In this document: positions 1 to 6,844 of the stretch, one piece after another | How the letters are laid out: every line of letters begins with the position of its first letter | How positions within the stretch are numbered: the stretch's first letter is position 1 | Origin: a virus | Taxonomy: Duplodnaviria > Caudoviricetes | Strand: one strand, 5' to 3' | DNA: 45,978 nucleotides | Virus record (IMG/VR): IMGVR_UViG_3300037424_000965 | Location: 1 to 45,978 of that record | The notes under the pieces: generated by a model | What the model saw: only the letters and a program-made list of their open reading frames with translations | Database searches by the model: none | What the model was told of the DNA's origin: nothing | Position numbers and translations under genes: made by a program

Positions 1-127
1 GGTGAGGGTCAGGGAGGTGCCGGATGGACGCGCTGATTAAGGGCTCCCATGCGCCGAAGGTTACGGCGGTATGCTCAAGGTGCGGCTCGAGCTTCGAGAG
101 GTCGGCGGTCCACCCGTACATCGTGGA
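1..127. repeat. Terminal direct overlap (identical to 45852..45978); circular contig closure
   Basis: Positions 1-127 (ggtgagggtc...atcgtgga) recur exactly at 45852-45978; 127 is a common assembler k-mer size. Confidence 0.95.
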
Positions 128-419
128 ATGTCCGGACTGCAGGGGGGCGGACCGCGCGGCCCGCGACCTTAAAAGGAAGACGGACGCGCGGCTGAGGTGC
201 AAGGCGTGTCGCGCCATGGTCTCTGCGGCCCGCCCGCTCGGGATGCACTCCTGCGGCGGGCACGGGTGCGATAGGCAGTGGTGGTCCCTCGGCAGCGGCT
301 GGTGGCGCGACACCGGGTCCAATGAGGTGTTCCGCCTCGGGGAGTACCGTGGTACCCTTAACGAGTCCACCTTCGACGACGTCTTCCGGGGCGTGCGGGA
401 TGACCTTCCAAATACTTGA
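24..419 (+). CDS. Zinc-ribbon-containing early protein
   Basis: CSRCG..FERS..HPY..CPDC plus further CxxC motifs; GGAGG RBS upstream. Confidence 0.7.
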   Translation: MDALIKGSHAPKVTAVCSRCGSSFERSAVHPYIVECPDCRGADRAARDLKRKTDARLRCKACRAMVSAARPLGMHSCGGHGCDRQWWSLGSGWWRDTGSNEVFRLGEYRGTLNESTFDDVFRGVRDDLPNT

Positions 420-445
420 CAGAGTGACCCAAACCGTGGTATAAT
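416..445 (+). promoter_or_regulatory. Strong sigma70-type promoter with extended -10
   Basis: TTGACA(416-421)-18 nt-TATAAT(440-445) with TG at 437-438; near-identical copy at 15609. Confidence 0.85.
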
Positions 446-482
446 GTAAAGGTCAGGGGCGCAGGGCGCCAGGGGAGATAAC

Positions 483-707
483 ATGATAAACGGGATTTAC
501 AGGCAGTTGATTGGAATTACGGTTGAGGCGACCAAGAAGCGTTTTGAGTTATCTTTAGGTGACGGGGTGGAGATAACGGAGGACAAGGTAGACGACTTCG
601 TTTGCATGTTCACCTGTACAAGGATATCAATGGTTGAATATAGGCTTGCGGTCAGGAACGCGGCAGTCAAGCGGTACATGAAGTACTTAGGGGCCCATCG
701 TGCGTGA
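483..707 (+). CDS. Hypothetical early protein
   Basis: ORF directly after promoter with GGGGAG RBS; overlaps start of next gene. Confidence 0.65.
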   Translation: MINGIYRQLIGITVEATKKRFELSLGDGVEITEDKVDDFVCMFTCTRISMVEYRLAVRNAAVKRYMKYLGAHRA

Positions 708-1281
708 GCTCATATCGACCATCGAGGCGGCCCTCGGACAGGACCGGCTCGCCAGGCTAAAGAGGGATGAGGACGCCTACCAGCAGTTCTGGCTCGGGGT
801 CCTCGAGGCGTACCACAGGATAGACCTGAACAGGGAGTCTGTGGGCTTCCTGGTGTCTAACGGTTACGGCGCCATACGTAACATGAGGCGGGCCGAGAAC
901 TCCAGGGGCAGGGTCCGGTCCTGCCCGAGGTGCGGCAGGGTATACGGTAACAGGACCATGGAGTGTCCCAGGTGCATGCATCCGACGGACGGCTCCGTCC
1001 GTACGTCCTCGACTGCGGCCGCGACTGGCGAGGAGATGGACTTCGAGGACGGCCGCCAGTCGTCTTACCTGGAACTGTCGATTGACATCGAGACCTTCCT
1101 TGGGGGGCTGGAAGGGAAGAGGTTATACCTTGCCAGGCGGTGGCTCGTAGACCGTGCGGACATGATGTACAAGAACCACCTGTCACAGCTGGCCTTTGAG
1201 ATGGGGATCTCTAAGCCCAGGGCGGCACAGATAAAGGTTGAGGTCCGGGACGCGTTCCGGCGCTGGTACTGGGGAACTTAA
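700..1281 (+). CDS. Phage sigma70-family (FliA/sporulation-like) sigma factor with internal zinc ribbon
   Basis: Region-2-like LGVLEAYHRID...GAIRNMRR; C-terminal region-4 HTH LSQLAFEMGISKPRAAQIK; CPRCG...CPRC between them. Confidence 0.7.
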   Translation: MRELISTIEAALGQDRLARLKRDEDAYQQFWLGVLEAYHRIDLNRESVGFLVSNGYGAIRNMRRAENSRGRVRSCPRCGRVYGNRTMECPRCMHPTDGSVRTSSTAAATGEEMDFEDGRQSSYLELSIDIETFLGGLEGKRLYLARRWLVDRADMMYKNHLSQLAFEMGISKPRAAQIKVEVRDAFRRWYWGT

Positions 1282-1304
1282 CTGGGGCGGGCCCTCAGGA
1301 CACT
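1278..1304 (+). promoter_or_regulatory. Putative phage-sigma promoter TTAA-N16-GGACACT upstream of purZ
   Basis: TTAA 1278-1281, GGACACT 1298-1304; same spacing at five other sites (a sixth is N17). Confidence 0.7.
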
Positions 1305-1323
1305 TACCCTTAAGCCTGAGGGC
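1291..1323. other. Inverted repeat/hairpin GCCCTCAGG...CCTGAGGGC
   Basis: 9-bp perfect arms 1291-1299 and 1315-1323 between sigma gene and purZ. Confidence 0.6.
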
Positions 1324-1375
1324 GGCCTTGAAACCGCTCGGGTGACATCAAAAGCGTATGACGTAGGGGGTATAG

Positions 1376-2446
1376 ATGAGGGCAGACATCGTTGTTGACC
1401 TGCAGTTCGGGTCGACGGGCAAGGGGGCCGTATGCGCGTTCCTGGCTAAGGAGCGGTCGGTAAGGTATAACTCTTCCATAAGGGTCCAGTCCATACAGGC
1501 TGGACATACCGTGTATTATGGGGGTAACGCGTACAAGATGCGGACCATACCATGCGCATGGGTAGACCCTGACGTCGAGCTCCTGCTCGGGCCGGGCTGC
1601 TTCATAGACAAGGCGCTCCTGATGCGCGAGATCGAGATGGTCCGTAAGGCTACTGGTAAGGACCCAAGGGACCGGCTGTTCTTAGACTACCGTGCCTTTT
1701 ACGTCACCCCAGAGGACGAGAAGGAGGAGGTTGACCGCGCGATTGAGAGGGGCATGGGCTCCACTGCACATGGCGCCGGTTCCTCCCTCATCCGTAAGCT
1801 CTGGCGTACCGACTTTAAGGACGGTAACGGCCGGGTATGTGATGACAGCTGGACCGGCCTGGCGGGCATAAGGGTGTGTGACACGATCGCGCGGATGCAG
1901 AAGCAGAGGGTATTGGTTGAGGGGTGCCAGGGCACCATGCTCTCGATACATACCAGTCCCTACTACCCATACGTTACGACGAGGGAGGCTACCGCCTCGG
2001 GGATAGCGGCCGAGGCCGGGATATCGCCCAGGGACGTAGACCAGATATTCGGGGTGTTCCGTACGCTGCCCATACGCGTCGGCGGCAACTCGGGGCCTAC
2101 AGGCTCAAAGGAGCTGACCTGGGATGAGGTGAACGAGAGGGCGGGCCGGGTCGTAGAGCCCGAGCGGACCACGGTTACCAACCGGGTGCGCCGCATATTC
2201 GAGTTTGACGACTCGGACTTCACTCACGCCCTAAGGGTAAACAAGCCTACGGGGCTGTTCATGACGTTTGCGGACTACCTGTCGCCTGGCATCTATGGGA
2301 AGACCGCCATGCGGGACGTCCTGCCTGACGCGCTCCAGAAGATTGTGGACTTTAAGGGAAGGGTTGAAAGGCTAGACAGCTCAGCGCCGGTCTTATGGAT
2401 CGGCACAGGAGAGCAGGCCGAGCACTATATAAGGACCGGGAGGTAG
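1376..2446 (+). CDS. purZ: N6-succino-2-amino-2'-deoxyadenylate synthase (PurZ family, PurZ0-like)
   Basis: Short archaeal-PurA-like fold; QFGSTGKG (Ser in place of PurA catalytic Asp of GDEGKG), AGHT, EGCQG, YPYVT, FRTLPIRVGGNSGP, TTVTNRVRR, TFADY. Confidence 0.88.
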   Translation: MRADIVVDLQFGSTGKGAVCAFLAKERSVRYNSSIRVQSIQAGHTVYYGGNAYKMRTIPCAWVDPDVELLLGPGCFIDKALLMREIEMVRKATGKDPRDRLFLDYRAFYVTPEDEKEEVDRAIERGMGSTAHGAGSSLIRKLWRTDFKDGNGRVCDDSWTGLAGIRVCDTIARMQKQRVLVEGCQGTMLSIHTSPYYPYVTTREATASGIAAEAGISPRDVDQIFGVFRTLPIRVGGNSGPTGSKELTWDEVNERAGRVVEPERTTVTNRVRRIFEFDDSDFTHALRVNKPTGLFMTFADYLSPGIYGKTAMRDVLPDALQKIVDFKGRVERLDSSAPVLWIGTGEQAEHYIRTGR

Positions 2447-2449
2447 ATC

Positions 2450-3403
2450 ATGGGCTGGGGAAAGTATGCAGGGGCACAGGGCGGGGGTAGTAGCCAGAAT
2501 AAGGGGTGGGTAGAGGAGGGGAATGCACTGGTTTACATGTTCTCGAACGACCCTACAAGATGCCGGTTCCTTACCGAGGACGTGAGCGTCGAGGACGTCA
2601 TGGCCGAGCGTAAGGTGACGCGGGAGGAGGCAGAGGACATACTCCTTACGAAGGTGTCCCAGGACAGGTGGGTCATGCCGAAGTCCATATGGGAGCACAC
2701 CATTAAGGAGGTACCTGGCAAGAGGTTCTTCTCTACCGTAGCGTGTACTGGCCGTAACAGGTGCAGCCTGTGTAAGGAGAACGACGCGGCCAAGGACACC
2801 GGGATAAGCGAGAACAAGCTACTCCCATATCCCATACGCAGGAGGTTCCTGGCGCCAGCGTACTTCTACGAGCTGAACCGCGTCCTGTTCGTGCGGGCGG
2901 CAGAGGACTTCTTCGACGGGGTGGCAGACTACGTCAACAAGCACGGGTCTGACTGCGACTTTGACATATACAAGGTCGGCAGGGGGATGGATACCAAGTA
3001 CAAGTCGGTGTTCTCCGGTAAGAGCCAGGTCATACCTGACGGCGGGTACCCGACAGTTGCCCTCTCCCCGAGGGAATTGGACACCTCCTGCTCGGAGGAG
3101 GAGCTCAAGCGCAGGCTTGACGGGGGGAGGCGGGTAGAGCAGGCCTCAGCGGTACAGAGGGGCGACAGTCCTGTGGTCGTCGCGGTCCCTGCGGCCGTCA
3201 CGGTTCCCGGTCCCGTTACGGCTTCTGTTCCCGTTCCCGTTGTGGCCCCGACAGAGGAGTTTAAGCTCCCCTTCGGACAGCATAAGGGGCTGACGTTCAG
3301 CCAGCTGGTGTCCGCCGGTAACGGCGAGTACGTCAAGTTCCTGGCCGAAAACAGCGCGGGACTGGTACAGAAGGCCGCCCGAGAGTTCCTGGGACTGGCA
3401 TGA
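2450..3403 (+). CDS. gp32-like single-stranded DNA-binding protein with C-terminal PFGQHKG domain
   Basis: RFL...WEH...CTG...CSLC Zn motif, DIYKVGRGMDTKY, Pro/Val/Ala linker, LPFGQHKGLTF domain; next to recA. Confidence 0.65.
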   Translation: MGWGKYAGAQGGGSSQNKGWVEEGNALVYMFSNDPTRCRFLTEDVSVEDVMAERKVTREEAEDILLTKVSQDRWVMPKSIWEHTIKEVPGKRFFSTVACTGRNRCSLCKENDAAKDTGISENKLLPYPIRRRFLAPAYFYELNRVLFVRAAEDFFDGVADYVNKHGSDCDFDIYKVGRGMDTKYKSVFSGKSQVIPDGGYPTVALSPRELDTSCSEEELKRRLDGGRRVEQASAVQRGDSPVVVAVPAAVTVPGPVTASVPVPVVAPTEEFKLPFGQHKGLTFSQLVSAGNGEYVKFLAENSAGLVQKAAREFLGLA

Positions 3404-4476
3404 GCGACAAGGCGGAGCGCAAGGGTGCTCCGGCCCTGTCGGTGCCGGAGCTTTACGCCAAGATGAAGCGGGAGATCGGCCTGGACGACCCAAGGCCGAT
3501 TCCTTACATCATACCGACGGGGTCTTCCGCGATCAACAGGGCGACGTACGTCGGGGGGTATCCCGGCGGCAGGATCATAGAGATATATGGCCCTGAGCAC
3601 TCGGGAAAGACCACCCTCGCCATGCACGCATGCATCGAGGCGGAGAAGATGGGCCTGCCGTTCGCATACGTTGACATGGAGACGACGCTGGACCTGGAAT
3701 ACTTCGCCAGGATGGGGCTTAAGGGCAAGCCGAACGTGGACTGGATGCACATCACCCCCGAGACGGGGGAGGACGCGTTCACGGTCCTCGGCCGGGCCAT
3801 AGATAACGGGATTAAGCTCGTAGTCCTGGACTCCGTGGCCGCAATGACCCCGAAGGCTGAGATAGAGGGCGAGATGGGCGAGGCCTTCATGGGCCTGCAG
3901 GCCCGCATGATGGGCCAGGGCATGAGGAAGTCGGTCGGCCCCGTAAGCCGGACGGACGCGACGGTTATATTCATCAACCAGATTCGTATGAAGATAGGCG
4001 TCGTGTTCGGCAACCCGGAGACTACGCCCGGCGGTGCGGCCCTCAAGTTTTATGCCTCGATAAGGCTTGACATACGGCAGGTGGGAGACCCAATCCTCGA
4101 TGACGCGGGTGAGCCCATTGGGAAGTATAGCAAGGTCAAGGTGGTAAAGAACAAGGTCGCGCCCCCAATGAGGCAGTGCCAGATACCGATAATCTGGGGT
4201 CGCGGGATTGCCGAGGAGTACGAGTTGTTCGACGAGCTCGTGACCCAGGGGATACTGACCAAGACGTCCAGTTACTTCACGTATAGGGACCAGAGGGTCA
4301 ACGGGAGGGTGAACGCGCTCGCCATGGTGCGGGAGCGGACGGCCGAGATGAGGGCGGACCTGGACCGGAAGCTGGCGTCCCCGGACGCGGCCCCAGAGAA
4401 GCCGGTCCCGAAGCAGAAGGCTAGTATAGCCGAGATCGCGCTGGAGGAGGGTTCCATTGGACCAGAGGAAGATTAG
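3400..4476 (+). CDS. recA: RecA/UvsX recombinase
   Basis: GRIIEIYGPEHSGKTT, LDSVAAMTPKAEIEGEMG, FINQIRMKIGVVFGNPETTPGGAALKFYASIRLD. Confidence 0.97.
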   Translation: MSDKAERKGAPALSVPELYAKMKREIGLDDPRPIPYIIPTGSSAINRATYVGGYPGGRIIEIYGPEHSGKTTLAMHACIEAEKMGLPFAYVDMETTLDLEYFARMGLKGKPNVDWMHITPETGEDAFTVLGRAIDNGIKLVVLDSVAAMTPKAEIEGEMGEAFMGLQARMMGQGMRKSVGPVSRTDATVIFINQIRMKIGVVFGNPETTPGGAALKFYASIRLDIRQVGDPILDDAGEPIGKYSKVKVVKNKVAPPMRQCQIPIIWGRGIAEEYELFDELVTQGILTKTSSYFTYRDQRVNGRVNALAMVRERTAEMRADLDRKLASPDAAPEKPVPKQKASIAEIALEEGSIGPEED

Positions 4477-5008
4477 GGCCCTGCGGAACGTCCGCAGGTT
4501 CAACTTCGAGCACTGCAATAGGTATCAGAGCGTAGCCGAACACTCGTACTTCGTGGCGGTGCTTGCCATGGAGCTGGCCGTGCGAGCCATGATGCCGCCG
4601 CCTAAGGTGGCGTCGGTAATTGAGGCGGCCCTCATGCACGACGTGACCGAGGCCGTGACCGGAGACATACCGTATTTGGTACGCAGGTCGATGGACAGGG
4701 TGGCGCTCGCCGAGATCGAGCATAGGGCGGCAAACGAGCTTAAGGTTGACGCCTCGTACCCGCTGGACGTGATCTGGGTGGTAGACTATGCCGACGCGCT
4801 CGAGCTTGCCATGTATCTTAAGGAAGAGAGGGAGTCGGGCAACCGGTCCCTCATTGACATCGAGCGGGAGACGCGGCGGCGGCTGGTTGATGTTGACGCG
4901 GGCGGGGAGCCTTCCGCATTCTATAGCTTTGCGGTGTCCATATTGGGCGGTCCCGAGGAGTGGGAGCTGATAGGGACGAAGGAGATGCCGCATGAGCTCA
5001 AGCATTGA
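4457..5008 (+). CDS. HD-domain deoxynucleotide phosphohydrolase (YfbR/DatZ family)
   Basis: R..F...SVAEHS, ALMHDVTEAVTGDIP, YADALE; TTG start with GGAGGAGG RBS; same operon as purZ. Confidence 0.8.
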   Translation: MDQRKIRALRNVRRFNFEHCNRYQSVAEHSYFVAVLAMELAVRAMMPPPKVASVIEAALMHDVTEAVTGDIPYLVRRSMDRVALAEIEHRAANELKVDASYPLDVIWVVDYADALELAMYLKEERESGNRSLIDIERETRRRLVDVDAGGEPSAFYSFAVSILGGPEEWELIGTKEMPHELKH

Positions 5009-5342
5009 GCCGGTGACTTGCGACAACGTCATGTCGCTGTCGCTGGACGAGGTCCGCGTGAGGCTCTTCGGCCTGATCGAGAGGCACGACAAGAGCCTGC
5101 TCCTGGACCAGCCGCTCTACGTCAGGCTCCTGGGCGAGTACGCCGGGCTGTACCAGTACATGTCCGAGATATACGTCTACCTGATCGCCAGGGTCAGGGC
5201 GTACACCGAGGCGCGCAACACGCTCCAGAAGATCGCGGCCCAGGACCGGCGCGACTGCCTGGAGCACGTCTTAAAGGTAGTCAAATTTAACTACGACAGC
5301 CTGTCGAGGAAGGTGACCGTCATGAGCTCTGAGGGGGATTGA
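4992..5342 (+). CDS. Helical protein, possibly UvsY-like recombination mediator
   Basis: All-helical, C-terminal SLSRKVT; context of recA and SSB; function inferred only. Confidence 0.4.
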   Translation: MSSSIEPVTCDNVMSLSLDEVRVRLFGLIERHDKSLLLDQPLYVRLLGEYAGLYQYMSEIYVYLIARVRAYTEARNTLQKIAAQDRRDCLEHVLKVVKFNYDSLSRKVTVMSSEGD

Positions 5343-5345
5343 CCC

Positions 5346-5372
5346 TTACCTCCCGGCCCGCCGGGGGACACT
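5346..5372 (+). promoter_or_regulatory. Putative phage-sigma promoter TTAC-N16-GGACACT
   Basis: TTAC 5346-5349, GGACACT 5366-5372, intergenic. Confidence 0.65.
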
Positions 5373-5391
5373 GACGGGTTTGGGGGTATAT

Positions 5392-5673
5392 ATGTGTAAA
5401 GACATTGGCAGTATGGATCTGGCAACCTTGAAACTTGAGCTTAGCGACCTACTCTCTGAGCGCGTTAGGGTCTCGATAAGGATAGATTTGGTTGAGTCGG
5501 CCATTACAGCTCACAAATACCAAATAAGATACCCGGTAGGCTCCATACAAGAAGTTTGGGGGGCTCGATATCGCATCACAGGATATGGAATATATGGGCC
5601 CGTTGGGGTTCAGCTTAGGAAGGACGGGTCTGACTATGCTTTCGGTCCTAAGGAAATTCGGGGTCTGAGATGA
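5392..5673 (+). CDS. Hypothetical protein (lower GC)
   Basis: ATG 5392 after GGGGG RBS; ATGA coupling to next gene. Confidence 0.6.
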   Translation: MCKDIGSMDLATLKLELSDLLSERVRVSIRIDLVESAITAHKYQIRYPVGSIQEVWGARYRITGYGIYGPVGVQLRKDGSDYAFGPKEIRGLR

Positions 5674-6149
5674 CCAGGCAGTGTAGGGAGGTGCTCTCCT
5701 CCTGTGACTTCCCGGTTACCGCCGCGCGGGACGTCGAGCCGTTCCTGGCCAGGTGTACGGTCGCGCAGGTCGTGTCCCTCGTCTGGGGCAAGGACCCGGA
5801 GGGTAAGCACGAGGCGTCATGGTTCGCCCCGTTCTTCATTAACGGTTACGTAAGGTCCAAGGTCTCCATCCCGTGCTCGTTCGACCAGCAGTTCTGGGAG
5901 GCATATGACTGGGTTGCCCAGGCGATGCCCGAGGACTTCTCTGCGTTTGACCTGCCGTCTATTGACGAGATGGCGAGGGACATGAAGCGCATGAGGAGGG
6001 CGGTGGGCGCCAGTAAGGTGCTGACCGTCCCCTACGTCTTCAAGGTCTTCCAGGGGATGGAGCCGACGCGCGAGGCCGTCAGCAACTCGACTGCGATAGG
6101 CGGGTTCGAGATAGGCAGCAGGGGCGCAAAGCCTAGGGGGAATGCATGA
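5670..6149 (+). CDS. Hypothetical protein
   Basis: Translationally coupled on both sides; phage-typical codon usage. Confidence 0.65.
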   Translation: MTRQCREVLSSCDFPVTAARDVEPFLARCTVAQVVSLVWGKDPEGKHEASWFAPFFINGYVRSKVSIPCSFDQQFWEAYDWVAQAMPEDFSAFDLPSIDEMARDMKRMRRAVGASKVLTVPYVFKVFQGMEPTREAVSNSTAIGGFEIGSRGAKPRGNA

Positions 6150-6844
6150 ACTATATGGGCGGGAAGTGGCGGCAGGGCCCGAAGATCGCGGAGGTCATCG
6201 CTCCGTACCTCAAGCCGGGAGGCCGTTACGTCGAGCCGTTCTGTGGCGCGATGGGGTCTGCCTCGCACGTAGCCGAGAGGTCTCCGGGCCTGAGAATGGA
6301 GCTTTCCGATATAAACCCGGCGCTGATCCGGACGTGGCAGGCCGTGCTCTTCGGGGGGTGGGTCCCGCCCGACGTCGTCACCGAGGAGGAGTACCGCTGG
6401 CATAAGGACGTACGGGACCCGACCGACCCGATGACCGCCTACGTCGGATATGGGATGAGCTTTGGCGGGAAGTGGTTCGGCGGGTATGCCAGGAACGGGC
6501 ATGGTACGGACTACGCCATCAACGCAAAGCGGTCCCTCCTCCTCAAGGCGTCCCTCCTCCTCAAGGCGTGCAGGTATGAGGACGTAAGGGGGCCGGGCGT
6601 CTACTATTTAGACCCTCCATATGCCGGGCGTACCAAGGCCCATGGCGTTAAATTCGACAGCAAGAGGTTCTGGGACTATGCCCGCGAGCGGGCTGGGGAG
6701 GCGACGGTCTTCGTGACTGAATTTACCGCCCCAGACGACTTCATCCCGGTTCATTCTTTCGGTGATACGGTGGTAAGGCATCATGCGGGGCGGGGAAATG
6801 ATGGTACGGTTGAGTGTATTTTCATGCATAGGAGCCAGGCGTGA
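6146..6844 (+). CDS. Dam-like (D12 class) DNA N6-adenine methyltransferase
   Basis: NYMGGK, YVEPFCGA (motif I), SDIN, YLDPPY (motif IV). Confidence 0.88.
   Translation: MNYMGGKWRQGPKIAEVIAPYLKPGGRYVEPFCGAMGSASHVAERSPGLRMELSDINPALIRTWQAVLFGGWVPPDVVTEEEYRWHKDVRDPTDPMTAYVGYGMSFGGKWFGGYARNGHGTDYAINAKRSLLLKASLLLKACRYEDVRGPGVYYLDPPYAGRTKAHGVKFDSKRFWDYARERAGEATVFVTEFTAPDDFIPVHSFGDTVVRHHAGRGNDGTVECIFMHRSQA

Noticed and set aside
1-127. 127-nt terminal repeat as a biological direct terminal repeat
   Set aside because: Length equals a standard assembly k-mer and it cuts through coding sequence; best read as circular-contig overlap
1376-2446. Ordinary purA auxiliary metabolic gene
   Set aside because: Catalytic Asp of GDEGKG is Ser and other PurZ-type substitutions are present, with an HD hydrolase in the same operon
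2929-4518. Long antisense ORFs (529 aa here; also 15722..16609, 30233..31246, 36975..37826, 41179..42018)
   Set aside because: They shadow well-supported + strand genes in GC-rich DNA and have no recognisable motifs
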